Source of the DNA: Isoptericola halotolerans
GTDB lineage: Bacteria > Actinomycetota > Actinomycetes > Actinomycetales > Cellulomonadaceae
Direction: 5' to 3'
Assembly: GCF_013149785.1 (NCBI RefSeq)
Contig: NZ_JABEZU010000001.1
Span: 1,302,001-1,366,000, forward strand
DNA length: 64,000 nucleotides
Shown here piece after piece: positions 34,789 to 43,825 of this stretch (positions are counted from its first letter, which is position 1; each line of letters starts with the position of its first letter). The notes under the pieces are model-generated. The model did no database searches. It saw only the letters and a program-made list of their open reading frames with translations, and was not told the DNA's origin. A program made the position numbers and the translations under genes.

Positions 34789-37467
34789 GTGGTGCAGGTG
34801 TCTGCATGGACACGCGGGAGCAGCAGGACGGGCAGGCCTCTGACGATCGGTGTCCTGTGCCCGGTGGTCGGAGGCCACTACTTCGGACGGGTCCTGGCAG
34901 GGATGTCGAGGGTCGTCCGGGCCGAGGGGCACCGGCTGGTGGCCGTGCAGACCTATCCTGCCGACGTCGACCGAGACGAGTTCCCGGTGCCGCCCTACCG
35001 GAGGGCTGCCCCGGGGCTGGACGTCTACGACGGGCTCGTGGTCGTCACGACAGCCCTCGCGGACGAAGAGCTCCGGCGGCTGGACGCCACCCGGCTCCCG
35101 GTGGTCACGCTCGGAGTCCCGCTCGAGGGTCTGCGCGCGCCGGCGGTGGCGCCGGACAACGCTGGTGGCGTGCGCGCGGCGGTCGACCACCTGGTGGAGC
35201 ACGGGCACCGGAGCATCGCGTTCCTCGGCAGCACCGACCAGCGTGACATCGCCGAACGGTACTCCGCGTTCCGTGACGCGGTGGCGGCGCACGGGCTGGA
35301 GCACCGGACCGAGCACGTCTACCGGACCCGGGACAACCAGGAGGCCTCGGCCGAGGCGGTCGCCCGACGGCTTGTCGAACGGGGCCTGACGACCACGGCG
35401 ACCGTCGCCGCCACCGACCGCAACGCGATCGGGTTCCTGCGAGGGCTGCACGGCGCGGACCCCGAGGGTGCCGACGGCCACGCCGTGATCGGCTTCGACA
35501 ACACGGACGTGGGCGCACGCACCTGGCCACGGCTCAGCACGGTGGACCCCCTCCATGAGGCCGTCGGCGAGCGGGCCGCCGCCCTCGTGCTGGCCCGGGC
35601 CCGCGGGGAGAGGGTCGAGGGCGTGCACCGTCTCGACACCGCCGTCCTCGTCCGGCGCGAGTCGTGCGGCTGCGCTCGCGGCACGCGCAGCACCGTCGTG
35701 GTCGCCGGCACCGCCGGGCCGCAGGACCCGGACCCGCTGGAGTCGGTGGCGCGCGTGGTCTTCGCGCGGGCCGACGGAGTGCACGGTCGGGGCGCCACCG
35801 GGGCGTGGCTGGCCATCGTGCGACAGCTCGTCGAGGCGAGCGTCGCGACCGGCCAGCCGCCGCCCGCGACGGCACTGCACGCGCTGGGCGACCGCACGGC
35901 CACGCTGCGCCCCGGACCGGGGGCGCTCGAGCAGCTCGTCCCTGCGCTGCGGGCGGAGGGGGTGCGGGTGCGCGAGCGGCTCGCGGCGCGCGCGTCGTCC
36001 GCCGCACCCGGCGAGCCCGCGGCTCCGGCCGCGATCCCCGGGCTCGCCGCCGGGGCTGCCGACGCAGTCGAGGAGGCGCTCGGCCAGGTCGTGGTGGCGG
36101 TCGTCCGGGGCTGCACCCACGGGGACCTGGCCCGGGCCGGGCGGCTCGAGCAGGATCTCGTCGACCAGAACCTCGTGGACCTCGAGCTGATGCGCTCCGA
36201 CGGCGAGTCGTTGCGCAGGCTCGACTGGATGCCCAGGGCGCGCACGACCACCGCGGCGCTGGCCCTGTGGGAGGACGATCCGGAGCGCCCGGGCGAGAGG
36301 GTGCTGCGCATCGCCGGGGCGCGTGGCGGCGCGGGTGAGCACCTCGTCGGCCGGCTCCTGCCGGCGGGGGAGTTCCCGCCGCCGGGGCTGACCGACCCCC
36401 GGTCGCTGACCGTCGTGGTGCCTGTCGCGTTCGGACGGGTCGACCGCGGGCTGCTCGCGGTCGGCGGGCTCGTCGACACCCGCGCGACGAGCCCGCGTGC
36501 CCGGTACAACCACTGGGCGGCGATGCTCGCCGTCGCCCTCGAGGCAGAGGAGTCCCTGGCCGACCTCCAGGCGCAACGGGCTCGCCTCGCCGCGGAGGCC
36601 GCGCGCGAGCGGGCGCTTGCCCAGGACGCCGCGGCGGGCGAGGAGCGGTCCACCCTGGCCTCCATCGCCTCGGACGACGGCACCTGGGACTGGGACGTCG
36701 ACGCGGGCACCGTGCGGTACTCGCAGGCCTGGGCGCGCCTGCTCGGGGAGGACCGGGCGTCGCTGGCCGACGACCCGCACGAGTGGTTCTCCCGTGTGCA
36801 CCCGGAGGACGTCCGGCGGGTGCACGCCGCGGTGGCCGCGCAGCTCTCGGGGTCGCGCGAGCCGCTCGACGTCGAGCACCGCATCCGCCGGGGGGACGGC
36901 AGCTACCTCCTCGTACGGTGCCGCGCGGTGACGGTGCACGACGCCGGGGACCGCCCCGTGCGGCTGGTCGGAGCCATGGCGGTCGTGGCCGCCTCGTCGC
37001 CGTCGCCCGGGCCGCCGCCGTCGTCTGAGCCGGAGCAGGCGACCGCCGACGCCGCGACCGGGCTGGTACCGCTCGGGCTCTTCGTCGACCGCCTCGACCG
37101 CGCCATCCGCCGGCGTCGTCGTCTGCCCGCCTACGACTGGCAGGTGCTGGCCGTCCGGCTCCCCGGAGGGGCCACCCCTGAGCTGCTCGGCCGGCTGCGC
37201 ACGGAGCTCGACGAGGACGACTGCGCCGCCGCCGTCGGGCGCGAGGGCGTCGCCGTGCTGCTGGACGCGCAGGACGGACGCTCTGCCCAGCACCGGGCGG
37301 CACGGCTCGCGGCGGTGCTGGGTCCGCAGGGGGAGGTGCGGCGCGTCACGACGGCCGAGCCCGGCGGGGCGCGCCTCGTGGCGGCCGACGTGCTCGACCG
37401 GGTCGCCGCCGATCTCAGTGCGGGAGCTCCGCCCCGGTGGCAGGTCGCCGTCGACGCCCACGCCTGA
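34789..37467 (+). CDS. Signal-transduction protein: LacI-type sugar-binding domain (no HTH), PAS/PAC and degenerate GGDEF domain
   Basis: N-terminal TIGVL...DNAGGVRAAVDHLVEHGHRSIAFLG...VIGFDN...PRLSTVD...VRRESCGC; PAS_3 DGTWDWD...WFSRVHPED...EHRIRRGDGSY; C-terminal DAATGL...FVDRL...VGREGVAVLL. Confidence 0.78.
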   Translation: MVQVSAWTRGSSRTGRPLTIGVLCPVVGGHYFGRVLAGMSRVVRAEGHRLVAVQTYPADVDRDEFPVPPYRRAAPGLDVYDGLVVVTTALADEELRRLDATRLPVVTLGVPLEGLRAPAVAPDNAGGVRAAVDHLVEHGHRSIAFLGSTDQRDIAERYSAFRDAVAAHGLEHRTEHVYRTRDNQEASAEAVARRLVERGLTTTATVAATDRNAIGFLRGLHGADPEGADGHAVIGFDNTDVGARTWPRLSTVDPLHEAVGERAAALVLARARGERVEGVHRLDTAVLVRRESCGCARGTRSTVVVAGTAGPQDPDPLESVARVVFARADGVHGRGATGAWLAIVRQLVEASVATGQPPPATALHALGDRTATLRPGPGALEQLVPALRAEGVRVRERLAARASSAAPGEPAAPAAIPGLAAGAADAVEEALGQVVVAVVRGCTHGDLARAGRLEQDLVDQNLVDLELMRSDGESLRRLDWMPRARTTTAALALWEDDPERPGERVLRIAGARGGAGEHLVGRLLPAGEFPPPGLTDPRSLTVVVPVAFGRVDRGLLAVGGLVDTRATSPRARYNHWAAMLAVALEAEESLADLQAQRARLAAEAARERALAQDAAAGEERSTLASIASDDGTWDWDVDAGTVRYSQAWARLLGEDRASLADDPHEWFSRVHPEDVRRVHAAVAAQLSGSREPLDVEHRIRRGDGSYLLVRCRAVTVHDAGDRPVRLVGAMAVVAASSPSPGPPPSSEPEQATADAATGLVPLGLFVDRLDRAIRRRRRLPAYDWQVLAVRLPGGATPELLGRLRTELDEDDCAAAVGREGVAVLLDAQDGRSAQHRAARLAAVLGPQGEVRRVTTAEPGGARLVAADVLDRVAADLSAGAPPRWQVAVDAHA

Positions 37468-37481
37468 CCGAGGCACGATCT

Positions 37482-37516
37482 CCTAAACGTTTCGCCGCGT
37501 TGTGGGATCGCTCCCA
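37482..37516 (+). promoter_or_regulatory. Composite site upstream of GH48: CCTAAACGTTTCG plus a CebR/CelR-like box
   Basis: CCTAAACGTTTCG (37482-37494), 8 nt, then TGGGATCGCTCCCA (37503-37516; 13/14 match). Confidence 0.75.
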
Positions 37517-37560
37517 CTGTTCGATCGTCGGGAGGTCCGCTCAACGAAGAGAGGTTCCTC

Positions 37561-40233
37561 ATGCATCGCGCACACCTCCGCTCCCGCCTCCTGGCGGGTG
37601 CTGCGGCGTCAGCCACGGTGGTCGCCCTCGCGGCCGCCGTGCCGGCCGGCGCGGCACCACCACCGGCAGCCGCCCCGATCGCCGTGGCCGCCGACGACCT
37701 GGACACCGGGGGCGAGTACACCCAGCGGTTCCTGGAGCTGTACGACAAGGTCCACGACCCGGCCAACGGCTACTTCTCGCCCGAGGGGATCCCGTACCAC
37801 GCGGTCGAGACCCTCATGGTCGAGGCACCGGACCACGGGCACGAGACCACCAGCGAGGCGTACTCGTTCTGGCTGTGGCTCGAGACCTCGTACGGCCAGG
37901 TCACCGGCGACTGGGAGCCGTTCAACCACGCCTGGGACACGCTCGAGGCGTACATGATCCCGACCACGGAGAACCAGCCCACCAACGCGGCGTACGACCC
38001 GGGCAGCCCGGCGACCTACGCCCCCGAGGCCACCCACCCGCGCCACTACCCGGCCGAGCTCGACAGCTCGGTCGCCGTGGGGTCCGACCCGATCGGCGCC
38101 GAGCTGCAGCAGACCTACGGCACGCCGGAGATCTACGGCATGCACTGGCTCGCCGACGTGGACAACGTCTACGGCTTCGGGGCCGCGCCAGGATCGTCCG
38201 AGCTCCTGGGGCCGGACCACGAGGGCACGAGCTATATCAACACGTTCCAGCGCGGCCCGCAGGAGTCCGTCTGGGAGACCATCCCGCAGCCCTCGATCGA
38301 CGACTTCTCGTTCGGTGGCGAGAACGGGTACCTCGACCTGTTCACCGGTGACGCGTCCTACGCCCAGCAGTGGAAGTACACCAACGCCCCCGACGCCGAC
38401 GCCCGCGCCGTCGAGGCCGCCTACTGGGCGAACAAGTTCGCCACTGAGCAGGGGCAGCCCGAGGCCGTGGCCGAGACCGTCGGCAAGGCGTCCAAGATGG
38501 GCGACTACCTGCGCTACTCGCTGTTCGACAAGTACTTCAAGACGCCGGGCTGCGAGTCCACCGCGTGCCCGGCCGGCAGCGGCCGGGACAGCGCCCACTA
38601 CCTGCTGAGCTGGTACTACGCCTGGGGCGGTGCCCTGGACACCGCGTCGCCGTGGGCCTGGCGCATCGGCTCGAGCCATGCGCACTTCGGCTACCAGAAC
38701 CCGATGGCAGCCTGGGCGCTGGCCAACGACCCGGCCCTGACGCCGGCGTCGTCGACCGCCGGGGACGACTGGGCCGCCAGCCTCGACCGCCAGGTCGAGC
38801 TCTTCCAGTGGCTGCAGGCGCCCGAGGGCGGTATCGCCGGTGGGTCCACCAACAGCTGGGACGGCCACTACGCCGAGCGGCCCGACGACGTCGCCACCTT
38901 CTACGGCATGGCCTACACCGAGGCGCCGGTCTACCACGACCCGCCCTCGAACGAGTGGATGGGCATGCAGGGCTGGGGGGTGGAGCGCATCGCGCAGCTC
39001 TTCCACGAGACGGGCGACGAGCGCGCCGAGGACATCCTCGACGACTGGGTGCCGTGGGTCATCGACCACATCACCATCACCGACGACTCGTGGGAGATCC
39101 CGTCCAACCTGGCCTGGTCGGGCCAGCCCGACGACTGGGACCCCGCGAACCCCGGTGACAACGCCGGGCTCAGCGTCGAGGTCAGCGGCTACGGGCAGGA
39201 CGTCGGCGTGGCCGGCGCTCTCGCGCGCACGCTGATGTACTACGCGGCCGGCTCGGGGGACGTCGAGGCGCAGCAGACCGCCCACGACCTGCTCGAGGCG
39301 ATCTGGACCCAGAACAGCGACCCCCTGGGTGTCGCGACCACCGAGACCCGTGGCGACTACTCGCGGTTCGACGACGTCTACGCCGGCGACGACTCCGACG
39401 GGATCTACGTGCCCGAGGGCTGGAGCGGCACCATGCCGAACGGTGACGTCATCGAGCCCGGGGTGTCGTTCGTCGACATCCGGTCGTTCTACCTCGACGA
39501 CCCCGACTGGGCGAAGGTGCAGGACCACCTCGACGGCGGTCCTGCCCCGGAGTTCACATACCACCGGTTCTGGGCCCAGACCGCGGTGGCCACGGCGCTG
39601 GCGGACTACGACCGGTTGTTCGGCGACACGCCCGAGCCGCCGGAGGACACCGAGGCGCCGACGACGCCCCAGGACCTCACGGCCACGGTCGACGGCACCA
39701 CGGTGCAGCTGAGCTGGACGGCGTCCACCGACAACGTCCGGGTCACCGGCTACGACGTCGTCCGCGACGGTGCCGTCGTGGCGAGCGTCGGTGGCAGCAC
39801 GACGTCGTCCACGGACGCCGGGCTCGCCGAGACGACCGAGTACACGTACAGGGTCACGGCCCGTGACGCCGCGGGCAACGTCTCCGAGGCGTCCGACGCG
39901 GTGACGGTCACGACGGGGGAGGGCCAGCCGGACCCGCCGACCGGGGCCTGCACCGCCGAGTACGCGACGGCCGGCACCTGGTCGGGTGGCTACCAGGGCA
40001 CGATCACCGTCACCGCGGGCAGCGCCGGCGTCCAGGGCTGGCAGGTGCTCGCACCGGACGGCCTGACGACGTCGAACCTGTGGGGCGGCACGCTCGCCGC
40101 CGGGGTGATCAGCCCCGAGTCGTGGAACGCGAACCTCGGTGCCGGGCAGTCCGCCACCGTCGGTTTCATCGGGAACGGCGCACCGCCCGCCGCCCAGGAG
40201 CTCACCTGCACGGGGGTGGTGCCGGGGAGCTGA
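37561..40233 (+). CDS. cbhB: Secreted GH48 cellobiohydrolase (CbhB/Cel48A-like) with Fn3 and CBM2
   Basis: GIPYHAVETLMVEAPDHGHETTSEAYS, INTFQRGPQESVWET, QWKYTNAPDADAR and YHRFWAQ; Fn3; CBM2. Confidence 0.96.
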   Translation: MHRAHLRSRLLAGAAASATVVALAAAVPAGAAPPPAAAPIAVAADDLDTGGEYTQRFLELYDKVHDPANGYFSPEGIPYHAVETLMVEAPDHGHETTSEAYSFWLWLETSYGQVTGDWEPFNHAWDTLEAYMIPTTENQPTNAAYDPGSPATYAPEATHPRHYPAELDSSVAVGSDPIGAELQQTYGTPEIYGMHWLADVDNVYGFGAAPGSSELLGPDHEGTSYINTFQRGPQESVWETIPQPSIDDFSFGGENGYLDLFTGDASYAQQWKYTNAPDADARAVEAAYWANKFATEQGQPEAVAETVGKASKMGDYLRYSLFDKYFKTPGCESTACPAGSGRDSAHYLLSWYYAWGGALDTASPWAWRIGSSHAHFGYQNPMAAWALANDPALTPASSTAGDDWAASLDRQVELFQWLQAPEGGIAGGSTNSWDGHYAERPDDVATFYGMAYTEAPVYHDPPSNEWMGMQGWGVERIAQLFHETGDERAEDILDDWVPWVIDHITITDDSWEIPSNLAWSGQPDDWDPANPGDNAGLSVEVSGYGQDVGVAGALARTLMYYAAGSGDVEAQQTAHDLLEAIWTQNSDPLGVATTETRGDYSRFDDVYAGDDSDGIYVPEGWSGTMPNGDVIEPGVSFVDIRSFYLDDPDWAKVQDHLDGGPAPEFTYHRFWAQTAVATALADYDRLFGDTPEPPEDTEAPTTPQDLTATVDGTTVQLSWTASTDNVRVTGYDVVRDGAVVASVGGSTTSSTDAGLAETTEYTYRVTARDAAGNVSEASDAVTVTTGEGQPDPPTGACTAEYATAGTWSGGYQGTITVTAGSAGVQGWQVLAPDGLTTSNLWGGTLAAGVISPESWNANLGAGQSATVGFIGNGAPPAAQELTCTGVVPGS

Positions 40234-40261
40234 GCCGGCAGACCCCGCCGGACAGGAGGGC

Positions 40262-41797
40262 TCAGGAGGTCGAGCGGCGTGCCTGCCGCTCGGCCTCCTG
40301 CGCCACGTTGCGCTGCATCCCGCCGAAGACGACGCCGTGGAACGGGGCGACCGACCACCAGTACGCCTGACCCGCCAGCCCCTGGGGGTGGAACAGGGCA
40401 CGCTGGGCGAAGTAGGTGCGGCCGGGCCCGGCCGCGTCCTCCAGGGCGGGACCGTCGTCGTCGCGGTCGGTCACCTCCGCCGCCGCCTCGTCCACCCGCA
40501 GCTCCAGCCACGCCAGACCCGGCAGCTTCATCTCGGCGCGCAGCAGCAGGCGCTCACCCGGCTCGATCGCCTCGACCCGCCAGAAGTCGAGCACGTCGTC
40601 GACCCTCAGCCGGTGCTCGTCGCGCCGTCCGCGGCGCAGGCCCGGACCGCCGACCAGCCGGTCCAGGAGACCGCGCGCACGCCACGCCAGCGACCACGAG
40701 TACCACCCGCCCTGGCCGCCGATCTCCTCGATCACCCGCCACAGCACGTCCCGCGGGGCGTCCACCACGGTGCGACGCTCGTCCACGTACAACGATCCGC
40801 CCGCCCAGTCCGGGTCCGTGGGCAGGGGGTCCGACGGCGCACCGGGCAGGGAGGCCGACGACCAACGGGTCGTCACCTCGCCGTCGTGGATCCGGGTCAG
40901 CGCCAGCTCGATCGCACGGTCGACACCCACCAGACCCTCGTCCGGGTCCGGGACGAAGCCCCGGATGTCGTCCTCCCGGCACACGACCTCGTGCTGCAGG
41001 GAGTCCACCAGGGGCCGGGCGATGCCCGAGGGCACCGGGGTGACCAGCCCCACCCAGTGGCTCGACAACCGGGGAGTCAGCACCGGCACGCCCACGATGA
41101 CCCGTCGGCGCAGGCCCGCCGCGCTGGCGTAGCGGTGCATCATCTCGCGGTAGGTCAGCACGTCCGGCCCGCCGATGTCGAACCCGCGGGAGACCTCGGC
41201 GGGCAGGGACGCCGCACCCACGAGGTAGCGCAGCACGTCCCGGATCGCGATCGGTTGGATCCGGTTGTCGACCCAGCGGGGCGTCGTCATCGCCGGCAGC
41301 CGTTCGGTCAGGTAACGCATCATCTCGAACGACGCCGAACCCGACCCGAGGATCACCGCGGCCCGCAGCACCGCCGTCGGGACACCCGAGGCGAGCAGGA
41401 TCTCCTCGACCTCCTTGCGGGAGGCGAGGTGAGCGGACAGCTCGCCCTCCGGGACGTCCGGGTACAGGCCGCCGAGGTAGACGATGCGGCCCACACCCGC
41501 CTCGCGCGCCGCCCGCGCGAAGGTCAGCGCGTTGCGGCGGTCGACCGCCTCGAAGGTCCGGCCCGTGCCCAACGAGTGCACCAGGTAGTAGGCCACGTCC
41601 GCGCCCCGGAGCGCGTCGCGGATCGCCTCCAGGTCGCTCACGTCGGCCGCCACCCGCTCGACCTGCGAGGCCCACGACCTGCCGTCGAGCCGTGCCGGGT
41701 CCCGCGAGACCGCCCGCACCTCGTGGCCCGCCGCGAGGAGCTCGGGCACCAACCGCCCGCCGACGTACCCGGTGACCCCGGTGACCGCGGCCCTCAT
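40262..41797 (-). CDS. SDR/NAD(P)-binding oxidoreductase with DUF2867-type C-terminal domain (YbjT-like)
   Basis: TGVTGYVGG, AYYLVHSL, GSGSASFEM, IGGQGGWY, DFWRVE and AEMKLPGLAWL. Confidence 0.88.
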   Translation of the reverse strand: MRAAVTGVTGYVGGRLVPELLAAGHEVRAVSRDPARLDGRSWASQVERVAADVSDLEAIRDALRGADVAYYLVHSLGTGRTFEAVDRRNALTFARAAREAGVGRIVYLGGLYPDVPEGELSAHLASRKEVEEILLASGVPTAVLRAAVILGSGSASFEMMRYLTERLPAMTTPRWVDNRIQPIAIRDVLRYLVGAASLPAEVSRGFDIGGPDVLTYREMMHRYASAAGLRRRVIVGVPVLTPRLSSHWVGLVTPVPSGIARPLVDSLQHEVVCREDDIRGFVPDPDEGLVGVDRAIELALTRIHDGEVTTRWSSASLPGAPSDPLPTDPDWAGGSLYVDERRTVVDAPRDVLWRVIEEIGGQGGWYSWSLAWRARGLLDRLVGGPGLRRGRRDEHRLRVDDVLDFWRVEAIEPGERLLLRAEMKLPGLAWLELRVDEAAAEVTDRDDDGPALEDAAGPGRTYFAQRALFHPQGLAGQAYWWSVAPFHGVVFGGMQRNVAQEAERQARRSTS

Positions 41798-42231
41798 CCG
41801 AGGAGCTCCAGCACCGCACGCTCGGCGCTGGTCACGTCGTGCCACCGCCGCGGACGGCTCTCGTCGCGCCAGGCCAGCAGATCGGTCCCGCCGCGGCGGC
41901 GCTCCAGGGTGCTCACGAGCTGTGCGACCTCCTGGTCGTGGACGACGGTCTGGCGCTGCTGGCCGGACCTGGCCGGGTAGCGGAGGAGCACGTTCCCGTC
42001 ACGGTGGACGCGGACGTGCTCCCTGCGGAGAGTGGCGAGCCCGTCGCTGCCGTAGCGGCGGGCGCAGATCCACACGTCCCGCCCTGCCGGCGGGACGGCC
42101 AGGCCATGGCGCCGCGCGATCTCGTCGAGGTCGGTCAGGGGCATGCCGTCGACGTCCAGGAACACCCGGCCGTCGCCCTCGGGCCGGCGTGGGTGCCCCC
42201 GGTCCGACGGGGAGGAGCGGCGCAGTCGCAC
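41794..42231 (-). pseudogene. Internally deleted DNA topoisomerase IB remnant (145-aa open frame)
   Basis: The TopIB N-terminus VRLRRS...LAVPPAGRDVWIC joins directly to YGSDGLATLRREHV...YPARSG...WHDVTSA and then to the C-terminal ERAVLELL. The catalytic segments are missing. Confidence 0.72.
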
Positions 42232-42274
42232 CCCGACAGTGTGGGCCGGAAGACGCCGTCCCGCACCGCAGGGC

Positions 42275-43183
42275 TCAGCCCGGCAGCCGGACCATGCCCT
42301 CCTGGGCGATGGAGGCCACCAACGCACCCGACCGGTCGTACACGCGGGCCAGGCCCAGACCGCGGCCGCCCTGAGCACCCGGGGACTCCTGGACGTAGAG
42401 CAGCCACTCGTCGGCACGGGCGTCCCGGTGGAACCACATCGCGTGGTCCAGCGACGCCATCGGGACCTTGCCGCCCACCTCCAGCCACGAGGTGCCGGCC
42501 TGACGCAGGACGGGCTCCAGCATCACCTGGTCGCAGGCGAAGGCCAGCAGTGCGCGGTGCAGCAGCGCGTCGTCGGAGTCGACGGTGTGCCGGGCGCGGA
42601 CCCAGACCATCTGCTCCGGCCGGGGGTCGGTCGCTGCACCGAGGTACAGCGAGCCACCCACGTGAGCGAGCTCGAACGCCGACCCCTCCGACCAGTAGCG
42701 CGCCGCCGGGTGGTCGAACCCCTGCAGCGCCTCGAAGGCCGAGGTGACCCCCTCGGGCGCCGGGACGCCGTCGGGCATCGGTACCTGCGCCTCGTAGCCG
42801 GGCTGGTCCACCTGGAAGGACGCCGTCAGCGACAGGATCGGCCGGCCCGACTGGATCGCGTGGGTGCGGCGCGCACTGAACGAGCGACCGTCGCGCAGGC
42901 GTTCGACGGCGAAGTCGACCGGGGCGTCCAGCGACCCCTCGCGCAGGAAGTAGGCGTGCAAGGAGTGCGGCAGCCGGTCGCCCTCCACCGTGCGACCGCA
43001 GGCGAGCAGCGCCTGGGCGAGCACCTGCCCGCCGTACACCCGTCGGCCCGGCCCCGGGACGGACCGGCCGCGCCAGAGGTCGTCCTCGCCACGCGGTCCC
43101 CAGCCCTCGACCTCACGCAGGTCGAGGGCTGCCAACAGCTCGTCGAGGGGCCCACCGGAGGTGTCGGTCTCGCTCACGTTCAT
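42275..43183 (-). CDS. tesB: Acyl-CoA thioesterase II
   Basis: RVYGGQVLAQ, HSLHAYFLR, LRDGRSFSAR, ASLDHAMWFH and QEGMVR. Confidence 0.93.
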   Translation of the reverse strand: MNVSETDTSGGPLDELLAALDLREVEGWGPRGEDDLWRGRSVPGPGRRVYGGQVLAQALLACGRTVEGDRLPHSLHAYFLREGSLDAPVDFAVERLRDGRSFSARRTHAIQSGRPILSLTASFQVDQPGYEAQVPMPDGVPAPEGVTSAFEALQGFDHPAARYWSEGSAFELAHVGGSLYLGAATDPRPEQMVWVRARHTVDSDDALLHRALLAFACDQVMLEPVLRQAGTSWLEVGGKVPMASLDHAMWFHRDARADEWLLYVQESPGAQGGRGLGLARVYDRSGALVASIAQEGMVRLPG

Positions 43184-43210
43184 CCGTTCGTCATGCGTGG
43201 TGGTCGAAGA

Positions 43211-43313
43211 GTGGTCGGAATGGTGCTGCGCTCGCAGGCTCGCTGCGCATCATTCCTCGTGCTGGTGGTCGGAATGGTGCTGCGCTCGCAGGCTCGCTGC
43301 GCATCATTCCTCG
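43211..43313. repeat. Two exact 49-bp direct repeats (54-bp period), each forming a hairpin, overlapping the glbO stop
   Basis: GTGGTCGGAATGGTGCTGCGCTCGCAGGCTCGCTGCGCATCATTCCTCG at 43211-43259 and 43265-43313. Confidence 0.9.
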
Positions 43314-43693
43314 AAGGTGTTGAGCATGCTGAAGGCCGCGCGCTCCAGGTAGTCCCACAGCTGCGACTCGTGGGCCGGCGCGAGGTCCAGGGAGTCGACG
43401 GCCGTGCGCATGTGCCGCAGCCACCGGTCCCGCGCGTCCGGGTTCACCGTGAAGGGTGCGTGCCGCATGCGGAGACGGGGGTGACCGCGCTGCTCGCTGT
43501 ACGTCGTCGGGCCGCCCCAGTACTGCTCGAGGAACAGCATCAGCCGCTCCTTGGCCGGGCCCAGGTCCTCTTCGGGATACATGGGGCGCAGCACCTCGTC
43601 GTCCGCGACGCCGTCGTAGAAGACGTCGACGAGGCGTTCGAACGTGGCGCGGCCGCCGACGTCGTCGTAGAAGGTAGGAGTCGTCACCGGCAC
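43304..43693 (-). CDS. glbO: Group II truncated haemoglobin
   Basis: [32 protein letters not shown]. Confidence 0.94.
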   Translation of the reverse strand: MPVTTPTFYDDVGGRATFERLVDVFYDGVADDEVLRPMYPEEDLGPAKERLMLFLEQYWGGPTTYSEQRGHPRLRMRHAPFTVNPDARDRWLRHMRTAVDSLDLAPAHESQLWDYLERAAFSMLNTFEE

Positions 43694-43825
43694 ATCTTCC
43701 CAGATCGGGGCGCTGGTCGTCCGTGGCGGGGATCACCCGAGGAACGATGCTCGGCCGGAGGCGTTAGAGTGGTGACGGACCTGCAACGACGCGATCCGAC
43801 GAACTACCTCCTGGGGAGACACCGA

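Noticed and set aside
43211..43313. 49-bp repeats as a mini-CRISPR
   Set aside because: There are only two copies separated by 5 nt, and one overlaps a coding 3' end.
43769..43784. DasR-like site (AGTGGTGACGGACC) upstream of the EIIB gene
   Set aside because: The half-site spacing is off by one base relative to the dre consensus, and it overlaps a probable -10 box (TAGAGT).
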